A stretch of DNA of 64,000 nucleotides from positions 29,868 through 93,867 of the forward strand of contig JAKJAQ010000002.1 in NCBI GenBank assembly GCA_022707425.1, written 5' to 3'. The notes below the pieces were generated by a model. That model saw nothing but the letters and a program-made list of their open reading frames with translations, did not search any database and was not told the DNA's origin. Shown in pieces: positions 29,616 through 38,455 of the stretch (positions within the stretch are counted from its first letter, which is position 1; each line of letters begins with the position of its first letter). The DNA comes from Candidatus Babelota bacterium (GTDB lineage: Bacteria > Babelota > Babeliae > Babelales > JACPOV01). The position numbers and the translations under genes were made by a program.

Positions 29616-30929
29616 ATGTTGATTACGTTTATTTTAGCTTCATTGTGCAATTTTTTATGCATTAATGCCGATCAAATTGCAGAAGGCAAAACGAAAATAA
29701 TTCGTCGGTATGCAGCTGACCAAACAAAAGTAATTATTGAATCAAAAGATGACATTACCTCAGGCGATGGGTACAAAAAACATGATATAATGCGCGGTAA
29801 AAGTGCACTTGCAAATCAAACAACATGCAATGTGTTTCGTTTACTTAAACAATGCAATATACCAGTTGCATTTGATGAGCAAATTGATCACAATAAATTT
29901 TTAGCACCCCAGTGCACTATGATTCAGTTGGAAGTTGTCGTGCGGCGCGCTGCACACGGCTCATGCTTAAAACGTTATCCACATCTGCGTAAGGCTGATG
30001 TTTTTCCACAACTCATCGTTGAATTTTTTCTTAAAACAAGTGGTAGACAATGGCAAGGAAGTCCAATCCCAAAAGATGATCCATTCATGATTATCAACAA
30101 TAATAAAGCGGATCTTTATCTACCCGATGCACCATTGCATTCACAACAACCGTTCTTAACGCTTGATACCTTTCCCTGCGATCAGCAACCAGAACTGTAT
30201 GATCACATGGCGCTTATTGCAAAAAAAACATTTCTTATTCTAGAAAAAGCGTGGCAACTGCAAGGTGGCCAGTTAGTTGATTTTAAAGTTGAATTTGGTA
30301 TCGATGCACACGGCAATTTATTGCTTGCTGATGTTATCGACAACGATTCATGGCGTGTTTTAAAAAATGAAAACTATATCGACAAACAATTTTATCGCGA
30401 TGGTGGTGAGTTAGATGCGGTAACAAAATTGTATGAACAAGTACAATCGCTAACCGCACGTTTTTCATTGCCAACGCAACAATTAATTATTTGGCGTGGA
30501 TCGGAAAAAGATGTCGTAGAACCGTTGCTTGAACAATGGAAATCGGCTCTTTCATGGCTTGATGTAAAAATTGTAACGATTTCGATGCATAAAGAACCGG
30601 TCAAAGGATATCAAGAATTGCAAAAAGCTCTGCAAGAAATTCCCAATTCAGTTATTGTTGCATTCATTGGGCGCAGTAATGGTGCGGGACCAACATTGGC
30701 AGCACAATGCACGGTGCCCGTAATTACCGTACCGGTAAATTGGCAACAATTTCCTGAAGATGTGTGGTCATCATTGCGCGCACCAAGTGATGTTCCTGTC
30801 CTTACCATTCTTGAACCCAATAATGCACTATTGGCTGCATTACAAATATTGGCAATGAACAACCCAGCATTGTATGCACAATTGAGAATGAATCAAGAAA
30901 AACGATTAATCAATACTTCGATTAATTAA
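29616..30929 (+). CDS. purC-purE: bifunctional SAICAR synthetase / class II AIR carboxylase (PAICS-like fusion)
   Basis: 437 aa. [39 protein letters not shown] and [12 protein letters not shown] form the PurC half. GRSNGAGP and [10 protein letters not shown] form the class II PurE half. SD AAGGGA. The N-terminus [18 protein letters not shown] is hydrophobic. Confidence 0.9.
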   Translation: [437 protein letters not shown]

Positions 30930-30944
30930 ATATTTTCTTTAAAA

Positions 30945-30985
30945 AGATGTACGCACGAATTGAAAAAAGTGCGTACATCTTTTTT
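30945..30985. terminator. bidirectional rho-independent terminator
   Basis: 12-bp stem AGATGTACGCAC / GTGCGTACATCT with an A-run before and a T-run after. It lies between convergent purC-purE and the 30985 gene. Confidence 0.65.
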
Positions 30986-31605
30986 CATTTAATATCGAAT
31001 TCTTTCAATGCTTCCACAAAATCGTCACCATACTTTCCACTTTGATACAATAATATTATTTTTTTTAACCGTTCTTCATAAAGCATTTTGGGTAATAAAT
31101 ACCGATTTTCTGCCGTTGAATCGGCCAATAACGCTCGCCATTCAAGTCCGCTGCATTTTTTGCTGGTTACTACGTTCAAAAGCCAACTCATTGCATTATA
31201 TTCTTCTGTTTGAAAAAGCAATGTGCGATCGCTTTTTTTAATTGATTCTGGTTGGACATCTATCACTTTCTGTTCAAGATCAATAAACAAATCAGCAAGC
31301 ATAATTTTTTGATTTTTACTTAACCATTCTGCATCTATTTGCGTGCGTACTTTAATTCGCCAAAACCACTCCAATGATTCATAAGCATTTTTTTTGTTAA
31401 GTTCAAAATATAATTTACCAAGCATTGCATTCACATCGGCACATTCAAGATTTACTTTTTTAACACCAGGACTTAATTTCTGGTATTCATCGGTTGCATC
31501 TTTATACAACTTTTGCAAATGTAACTTAGTTGATTCAATATTGTTGACTCGTTCTTCCATTGCAGTTAACGAGAACGCATACACTAATGCAATTATTTTT
31601 TTCAT
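30985..31605 (-). CDS. leader-bearing hypothetical protein, paralog A of a two-member family
   Basis: Leader MKKIIALVYAFSLTA is followed by MEE. It shares motifs with 32293..32892: MLGK, VQPESIKK/IQPQSIKD, C.GLEW, and RYLLPKMLYEERLKKI/KYLTPEYLRNERLKTI. Confidence 0.6.
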   Translation of the reverse strand: MKKIIALVYAFSLTAMEERVNNIESTKLHLQKLYKDATDEYQKLSPGVKKVNLECADVNAMLGKLYFELNKKNAYESLEWFWRIKVRTQIDAEWLSKNQKIMLADLFIDLEQKVIDVQPESIKKSDRTLLFQTEEYNAMSWLLNVVTSKKCSGLEWRALLADSTAENRYLLPKMLYEERLKKIILLYQSGKYGDDFVEALKEFDIK

Positions 31606-31716
31606 GTCCCTTTTCCCCCTAATTATTACTTCCCTATTGTTAATCTTAATAAATTATTCTCGTAACTGCCTATATAACTTGGGTACAATGAGATTTATAT
31701 TTTGATAGGAGAGATT

Positions 31717-32292
31717 ATGAAAATTAATACACAATGGCATTGGTTATTAATGAGTCTTGTAGTATCAACAGAAACACAAACCAATGGAATACGAGATTTT
31801 TTTTATCGCTTACGTGGTAACAGTAAACATTCTGAAACCAAAATTAGTGCTTCAAAAACGCTCAAAATAATAGCGCTTGAAAGCCGCGAAAGAAATAAAC
31901 TGTTTTGGTTAAATGCAATTCAGAACCGAGATCTTGCATTGAATCAAGAGCTGGCAGAGCTCAGCGGCGAGAAGACCGGTCAAACAGCAGCACCATTACG
32001 AACAAAAAATGAAATTTTAGCGGAGACGCTTAATAACCTGCAATTGTGTGATGATTTTTTTCCTGAAGAACACAAACAAATAGAAACTGATATTGAAAAG
32101 CAAATCAATGAACTTCGATCTTCAATTTACTCAAAAAAAGATTCATTGATTCGAGAACTAATGAAGCATAAGAGCAAAACACCTGCACTGGTTTTTACTA
32201 ATTATTCAACTCGTTTTTTGCCTTCTCAGGAATTTATACAAGAACTGGAGTGGCATAAAAGACAAACTGAACTTGCCCAAAAGAAAAAATAA
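31717..32292 (+). CDS. hypothetical coiled-coil protein
   Basis: TAGGAGAG lies upstream of the ATG at 31717. The protein is rich in E/K/Q/L. Its stop abuts the stop of the convergent 32293 gene (TAATTA). Confidence 0.5.
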   Translation: MKINTQWHWLLMSLVVSTETQTNGIRDFFYRLRGNSKHSETKISASKTLKIIALESRERNKLFWLNAIQNRDLALNQELAELSGEKTGQTAAPLRTKNEILAETLNNLQLCDDFFPEEHKQIETDIEKQINELRSSIYSKKDSLIRELMKHKSKTPALVFTNYSTRFLPSQEFIQELEWHKRQTELAQKKK

Positions 32293-32892
32293 TTAATCTA
32301 ACTGTTCAGAATTATCCATTTTTTTTAATTGTCCATAGCTGGCAATAGTTTTGAGTCGCTCATTTCTAAGATATTCTGGCGTCAAATATTTGGTTGTCGA
32401 ATCAGGTTTTCCAAAAAGTGAGCACCATTCCAATCCTTCGCAGGTATTATTTTCAACGATTCCTTTGAGCCATTGGCGTGCTTGTAATCTATCAATGTCT
32501 TGTTGTTCAGATGGTAGCATATCCTTTATTGATTGCGGTTGAATTTCCATTACCATTGAATCAAGCTCTATTTTTAGTTCAGCATAAGTTTCTGCTTGTT
32601 TTTCATTCAGCCATTTATAATCAAGATAAGTTCGCTCTTTAAACCGCTTATAATAGTTCATGGCTGCTTCATGATCTTGTTCACCAAGTGCAACGACAAT
32701 TTTACCAAGCATCACAATGCAATCACCCTGTTCAAGAAATTTATGTCGCAGTTTAGGTCTCAATTCTACATAAATTTTACCCGCCTCCTTATAAACTTGA
32801 GCAAACTGTCTGCGAGTTTCCAGTACTTGTTCACCTTCTTCCATTGCATGAATGGGCATCACTAAAAAAAATAAAATAACTAATTTCTTCAT
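32293..32892 (-). CDS. leader-bearing hypothetical protein, paralog B of a two-member family
   Basis: AGGAG lies 6 nt upstream of the ATG. Leader MKKLVILFFLVMPIHA is followed by MEE. It is a paralog of 30985..31605. Confidence 0.6.
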   Translation of the reverse strand: MKKLVILFFLVMPIHAMEEGEQVLETRRQFAQVYKEAGKIYVELRPKLRHKFLEQGDCIVMLGKIVVALGEQDHEAAMNYYKRFKERTYLDYKWLNEKQAETYAELKIELDSMVMEIQPQSIKDMLPSEQQDIDRLQARQWLKGIVENNTCEGLEWCSLFGKPDSTTKYLTPEYLRNERLKTIASYGQLKKMDNSEQLD

Positions 32893-33151
32893 TGGATTCT
32901 CCTAGAAAAAACCTCAGACCAATTATTGGTACTACCATAATGGCAAATATCATTTTCAACAATATTTTTTCATAAAAAAAGCTGATGCATTATTGCATGC
33001 AGCTTCATTTTTTCGAAAAATTTCAGATAGCAAATTTGACATTTTTTTGTAATTTGTTATTCTTTAAAAGAATGGAAAATTGCAAATGGGGGATCAATTT
33101 CTATATCTATTCATTTTTTATCAAATTTGCTTGAAACTCTAAGGAATTACA

Positions 33152-34078
33152 ATGAAATTTGTACTATTTTCACGTTATATTGTGCTCCTGAGCACATTAA
33201 TTACTTCTCTCTGTTCTGGTCAAGAGCACAAAAATTTTTCTATTTGTAACGAAATAAAAAAAATAGATCCCGAACGTACGACCCGCAATGAGTGGGACAA
33301 ACTGAGTAATCGCTTAGCTGCAAATAACCTAACCGTGTGTGACTGCATGCACTACATTTCTCAACAAAGAGAGCAAAAAGCTCTTCAAGAAGTACGCAAA
33401 GAATGGTCGATTACTGAGCAGCAGATGAAGATCTTTAAAGATGCTTTAGAAAAAATGAACAATAGAGATAAACAATTTACGCCTAATATCATTTTTACTG
33501 ATGACAAAGTAGCGCCCGAACTACAAGAATTGATCACAAAAAAAGTGAGTAATTTGCAAATAACCGTTCCCATCCATGTTTCAGCAATTGAAAAACAAAA
33601 TGAATTTGCACAAGTAAGCAGAGGAGTAAACGAGGACCTAGATGCGCAAGAACATGTTTCTCTCAATCTCAATGCTTTTCATGCGCATCCCGATAATGTA
33701 TTCTTGCCTCGATACGACGCAATCTTAGAACATGAGTTAAGACACATAAAACACAATCATACTGGATCTAAAATGATTTTGGGATGGTTAGTCGATAAAG
33801 AAGATACCAAGAACCCATTCGAATCAAAATCGTTTCAAAAATTACAAAGAGCGCGCGAAGCGCAAGCAGATAGAGTTGGTCAAGCCTGTTGCGAAGATCT
33901 TGAAACCACGCAGAATTTCTTGCGCTTTCTAGATGAAACTCTCTACATGGACAAAAAGCACGGTGTTGATTCCAACGATAAAACAATACAGCCAAACCAC
34001 CCGACAACACTCAAAAGATATTTGTGGGCTATCAAAATTAATAATTTGCGCATATTGGAAGAACAAAAAAATAAATAA
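33152..34078 (+). CDS. leader-bearing M48-like zinc metallopeptidase
   Basis: Signal-like leader. HExxH in ILEHELRHIKHNH, downstream REAQAD, and C-terminal NHPTTLKRY resembling the M48 HPxxxxR motif. Confidence 0.6.
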   Translation: MKFVLFSRYIVLLSTLITSLCSGQEHKNFSICNEIKKIDPERTTRNEWDKLSNRLAANNLTVCDCMHYISQQREQKALQEVRKEWSITEQQMKIFKDALEKMNNRDKQFTPNIIFTDDKVAPELQELITKKVSNLQITVPIHVSAIEKQNEFAQVSRGVNEDLDAQEHVSLNLNAFHAHPDNVFLPRYDAILEHELRHIKHNHTGSKMILGWLVDKEDTKNPFESKSFQKLQRAREAQADRVGQACCEDLETTQNFLRFLDETLYMDKKHGVDSNDKTIQPNHPTTLKRYLWAIKINNLRILEEQKNK

Positions 34079-34106
34079 TTTATAGAAAAAGCATAGAGGC
34101 AGTTAA

Positions 34107-35261
34107 ATGATAATCAAAAATTCCAAATTTATCGCGTTGCTGTCTTTGATAATCGTTATTGGATTTGGCGGATATTTTTACGCAAAGAAAAGACACAATC
34201 AAAAAAAAGCAATTTCGCACGAATTTTTCGATTCTCGCACAAATAATAAGCATGTTTGGTATTTGTATGCTCCGGGTATGATGGGCACTGAACTCATGAT
34301 GGGCCGCTATTGTCCTGAATTTAATGCAACTACAGGTGAAAAGATTTCCTGGAAATCTGGCGGACACGTAATCGGACAACCGCATGTTGCGGTACAATTT
34401 CCCGAATTAGATTTGCGTAAACCAGACACTTTTACACTCAATCCATTAACTGCATTTATTAATGAATTACGTAAAGATATATTTCCAGTATTTCAACGTT
34501 TTTTTGAACAAAAATTTGATTTCAAAGTAGTTGATAATCCAAAATCAAATAGTTCAGTGATAAATTTCGGTTTTTCATTTGGCAAAGCAAATATTGCTCA
34601 AAAAAATGACATCGCTGCATTAAATAAAACATATGAATCATTGCGAACACAGCATCCAGAAGCTGATATTATTTTATATGGTGATTCTCGTGGTGCAGGT
34701 ACGATATTTAATTTTATTGCCACTCACAAACCATTGCGGGTAAAAGCTGCGGTGCTCGATGGAATTTTTGATGACGTACCGCATTGCATAAAACATTTTT
34801 TAGTTGAAAACAAAGGAGAACGTGCAGAAAAAAGAATGCACGATATCGTTGCCTTTTTTATGGGCAACTACAATAAAAAAGGTCCATTCCCAATCGAGTA
34901 TGCTGAGCAAATCAATGATGACATTCCTCTTTTATTGGTTACCTCATTGAAAGATGGGCTCACTTCGGCCCAAGGCGCAATCAAGCTTTATTTAGAATTA
35001 AGAAACCGCAGTCTTCAAAAAGTTCATTTATTGGTACTTAATAATGCGCTCCATCCTTGCTATATGATTGATAATGAGGCAGATCGTGAATTGTATGAAA
35101 CAACCGTGCATGCTTTTTATAAACATTATGAATTGCCCTATAACAAACAGCGGGCGCAAGCAGGACAAAAATCCTTTGCGCGTACTCAACCGTCAATAGA
35201 TGAGTTGAAAAAATATGCGCTACCACAATGCAGTTTGTGTTCAAAGTTACTTAACAGGTAA
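34107..35261 (+). CDS. membrane-anchored alpha/beta hydrolase
   Basis: N-terminal TM segment FIALLSLIIVIGFGGYFY. Nucleophile elbow GDSRG in ILYGDSRGAG. Later Asp (SLKDG) and His (NALHP) candidates. Confidence 0.6.
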   Translation: MIIKNSKFIALLSLIIVIGFGGYFYAKKRHNQKKAISHEFFDSRTNNKHVWYLYAPGMMGTELMMGRYCPEFNATTGEKISWKSGGHVIGQPHVAVQFPELDLRKPDTFTLNPLTAFINELRKDIFPVFQRFFEQKFDFKVVDNPKSNSSVINFGFSFGKANIAQKNDIAALNKTYESLRTQHPEADIILYGDSRGAGTIFNFIATHKPLRVKAAVLDGIFDDVPHCIKHFLVENKGERAEKRMHDIVAFFMGNYNKKGPFPIEYAEQINDDIPLLLVTSLKDGLTSAQGAIKLYLELRNRSLQKVHLLVLNNALHPCYMIDNEADRELYETTVHAFYKHYELPYNKQRAQAGQKSFARTQPSIDELKKYALPQCSLCSKLLNR

Positions 35262-35268
35262 ATTATTG

Positions 35269-36042
35269 TTATTTCTTTTGAGCAACTACTAAAATCCGCT
35301 CACTTCTTTTATCATCAAATGTTGCACCATCGATTGCACTTTGATGCACTACTTTAAAACCGTGCTCAGTCAACAATTGTTTCAATTCTTGCGCAGAATA
35401 CGTTTGCAATGTTTGTACATCTTGATTGATTTTAGTTTTTTTTCCTGATTGTTGGAGCGTGATTGTGTTCGATGTAAGGATACCAGCATCATCAATTGTA
35501 CTATATTGAATTTTACGTGTTGTTATTTTACCAACCGTCGTTTGCCAATCGATGGTCAACTTCGTAATAGTGTCGGCATGCTCTAAATAACGTCGATTGA
35601 AAATATCAAAAATATATATACTATTTTTGTTCAGATTTACACTGATCGAATTCAAGGCTTGTTCAAAATCGTTTTTGGTCAAATGGCCAATCGCATTAAA
35701 AATAGTAATGACTGCATCAAATTCACCGATGCGCGCAGTGCGCATATCGCACTTTAAAAAGGTTATTTTTAAATTTTCTTTTTTTGCTTTTTGTTTTGCA
35801 ATAGCGAGCATTTTTGCATTAAAATCAGCACCAACAACTTGATATCCGTGCTTATGCAAATAAAAAACTTGCGATCCGGTGCCGCACGTTATATCGAGAA
35901 CCGTTTTTACGTTATATTTTCGCAACAATGTTTCAATCGTGCGATTTATAATCTGAGAATTGTGCTCATTAAATTCATCATAGCCTTCAGATTCCTTATT
36001 ATAATGCGATGGTTTAGCACTAACATGAGTTACTACTTTCAT
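35269..36042 (-). CDS. class I SAM-dependent methyltransferase
   Basis: Motif I VLDITCGTGSQV, acidic loop VVGADF, and post-I/II regions. ATGA-type 4-nt overlap with the upstream carbonic anhydrase gene. Confidence 0.8.
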   Translation of the reverse strand: MKVVTHVSAKPSHYNKESEGYDEFNEHNSQIINRTIETLLRKYNVKTVLDITCGTGSQVFYLHKHGYQVVGADFNAKMLAIAKQKAKKENLKITFLKCDMRTARIGEFDAVITIFNAIGHLTKNDFEQALNSISVNLNKNSIYIFDIFNRRYLEHADTITKLTIDWQTTVGKITTRKIQYSTIDDAGILTSNTITLQQSGKKTKINQDVQTLQTYSAQELKQLLTEHGFKVVHQSAIDGATFDDKRSERILVVAQKK

Positions 36043-36677
36043 AACTCATTCCATGTATTATTTGTCTTTTCATAATTTGCTATTAATCCGGTGCTTAATT
36101 CGAAATACCATGCATGCAATTGAAGTTTTTGTTGTTCAACTCGCTCTGCTATCCATGAAAAACTCATTAAATTTTCAAGCGAATTAGCAAGTGCATATTG
36201 CTCGCAGCGAGTATTTTTTTCTTGCTCGGTCAATGATGCATGTTCTTCATTCATTTTATCATATGCCGGGCGCGCAAGCTGCATCCATTGTGCAATAAAA
36301 TTATCAGAATTTTTATCAAGTAATTCGGCATTATCAATCAATGCTTGAATACCACCGCAATAACTGTGCCCAAGAATAATGATGTGTTCAACTTGCAAAA
36401 AACGTACTGCAAATTCCAGTGCAGCACTCGTGCCATGATATTTACCGCTCTGTTCACATGGCGGCACCAAATTGGCAACATTGCGCACCACAAAAAGTTC
36501 ACCCGGTTGCGCATCAAAAACCATTGCGGGGTCAACACGTGAATCGGAACATGAAATAATCATAATTTTAGGCCGTTGCCCAAAGGCAACAAGTTCGTCA
36601 AAAATAGTAGTAGTGTTAAAAAACTTTTTTCTAAATGCAGCATTACCAGCAATGAGTTTTTTAATTTCTGATGACAT
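36039..36677 (-). CDS. beta-class carbonic anhydrase
   Basis: CSDSRVDP and HSYCGG zinc-ligand motifs; 212 aa. Confidence 0.85.
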   Translation of the reverse strand: MSSEIKKLIAGNAAFRKKFFNTTTIFDELVAFGQRPKIMIISCSDSRVDPAMVFDAQPGELFVVRNVANLVPPCEQSGKYHGTSAALEFAVRFLQVEHIIILGHSYCGGIQALIDNAELLDKNSDNFIAQWMQLARPAYDKMNEEHASLTEQEKNTRCEQYALANSLENLMSFSWIAERVEQQKLQLHAWYFELSTGLIANYEKTNNTWNEL

Positions 36678-36696
36678 TGGTTGATTCTTTCGATTA

Positions 36697-37407
36697 TCAT
36701 GAATTATTTTTTTGGAAAATCATCCAATGATGATTGCACTCATAGTCCTCACCAAAAAAAGTTGCAATTTTAGCAATACGGTCATGAATAATTAATTTTG
36801 CATCTTTATAGAGCATTTTTATCTCATCACCGGTAAATACTTTTTCAAATTTTCCGTTATGTGGATGAAAAAATGAATATTGTTCATGAGCTGGAGATTG
36901 TGCAATCATTTTTTTATGATACATATCTTGAGTTGACATCACATACACTAAAATAAAACCATTTGGCTTAAGAATACGCATCATTTCACTTATTGCAAAT
37001 ATTCTTCCCGTGGAGACCGCAATATCGGTTGTCGCAAAACAATCAATCACAAAATCAAAATGATTCGCTTCAAAAGGCCAAGTTTGCGTTGCATCATGTA
37101 TGATGAAATGAGTTTTTTCTTCAACATTATTTTCTACGCTTCTCAATCTCGCACGTTCAATTGCTGTTGGAGAAAAATCAAAACCAACCATGTTAATTTT
37201 TTTTTGTGCAAGCCAAATAACATTTCTTCCTTTACCGCAACCCATTTCAAGACCGGTGGATCGATTTATATTATTATCGTTAAGCCACTGAAAAAATTTT
37301 ACCACACCCGCCGAAGGAAGGGGAGAATCCATTTGAACCAAAACATTTGGCATCGCATGTTCTTGCTCCCAAATTTTTTGCTGTTGAGCATTTAAGATAT
37401 CATTCAC
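36697..37407 (-). CDS. SAM-dependent methyltransferase (TehB-like motif I)
   Basis: GLEMGCGKGRNVIWLA followed by VGFDFS. It lies 19 nt upstream of the carbonic anhydrase gene on the same strand. Confidence 0.75.
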   Translation of the reverse strand: MNDILNAQQQKIWEQEHAMPNVLVQMDSPLPSAGVVKFFQWLNDNNINRSTGLEMGCGKGRNVIWLAQKKINMVGFDFSPTAIERARLRSVENNVEEKTHFIIHDATQTWPFEANHFDFVIDCFATTDIAVSTGRIFAISEMMRILKPNGFILVYVMSTQDMYHKKMIAQSPAHEQYSFFHPHNGKFEKVFTGDEIKMLYKDAKLIIHDRIAKIATFFGEDYECNHHWMIFQKNNS

Positions 37408-37496
37408 AGATCACCCTTCTACTAACTAATTCAATCACATAAAAAATTAACGTTCTAAATGCGTCGGTATTCTATTTTTTTTGGGAAAAAAATAAT

Positions 37497-38267
37497 TCAA
37501 TTTCTATTTAAAAAAGCATAATATCGCTTAATAGTAAAACCAGATTTATGTGCAACGCTGCGCGACGCTACATTCTCAGCATTACAACTCCAATGGGGTT
37601 GTAAACCGCGCTTTAAACATTCGCAAATCATATGATGAACAACCAGCGTTGAAAACCCTTTAGAGCGATGTTCGAGATGAGTAATCACACCGATTTCACA
37701 TGCTTGATTGCTGAGCAATGCAGCGTACGCTTCCGCAATCGGATTGCCTTGATCATCAACTAACGCAAATCCAAAACCGGTGTTGAGAAAATTTTCAGAT
37801 GAGCCATACAATTTTGAAATAAACTCAAACCATAAACATTTTTTAAATAGTTCAAGCGTTTTGATTGGCACAACTGTAAAACCAGCAGGACATTCTCTTC
37901 TAATTTTTTTACCTGCACCGGTAAATTCAAATTCTATTCGCGGTTGCAATGAATAACCATGCTCAAGAAAAAAAGTATGATATTTTTCTTGGCAGATCAG
38001 TGAAATTTTTTGATACGGCGCAAGTTCATTAATAATTTCATTGAGTTGTGAATCATCATATTCACCAGCAAGATAGGCATAATGTGCATTTGATTTTATA
38101 AATAATGAATCTCCATTTTCTTTATAAATTTGAGATGCATGTATTGCTTGCTTAATACCATCAATCAGAGTTTGATTTGGTAACTCATGAATCAATGAAC
38201 TTGAACCATGAATCAGTTGAATACTAAGATGCACAAAAATACAAAGCAATGATCTTATATAATTCAT
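37497..38267 (-). CDS. GNAT-family N-acetyltransferase-like protein with signal-like leader
   Basis: The C-terminal region HLEHRSKGFSTLVVHHM...NVASRSVAHKSGF resembles GNAT motifs A and B. Leader MNYIRSLLCIFVHLSIQLIHG. Confidence 0.55.
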   Translation of the reverse strand: MNYIRSLLCIFVHLSIQLIHGSSSLIHELPNQTLIDGIKQAIHASQIYKENGDSLFIKSNAHYAYLAGEYDDSQLNEIINELAPYQKISLICQEKYHTFFLEHGYSLQPRIEFEFTGAGKKIRRECPAGFTVVPIKTLELFKKCLWFEFISKLYGSSENFLNTGFGFALVDDQGNPIAEAYAALLSNQACEIGVITHLEHRSKGFSTLVVHHMICECLKRGLQPHWSCNAENVASRSVAHKSGFTIKRYYAFLNRN

Positions 38268-38455
38268 ACAACACCTCCGACTAATCTAACGTCTTTAAAA
38301 TCTTATTGTATGGAAATAATGAGAAAATAAAAAGAAATGAGTTTCCGAAAAATACGATTTTATACAGACAAAAGGGTGAAAAAATTATTCAATTAATTCA
38401 CTCATTTGAAACATGCAAAATCTTACGCAAACTGAGTCCAAACACCCAATCATCC

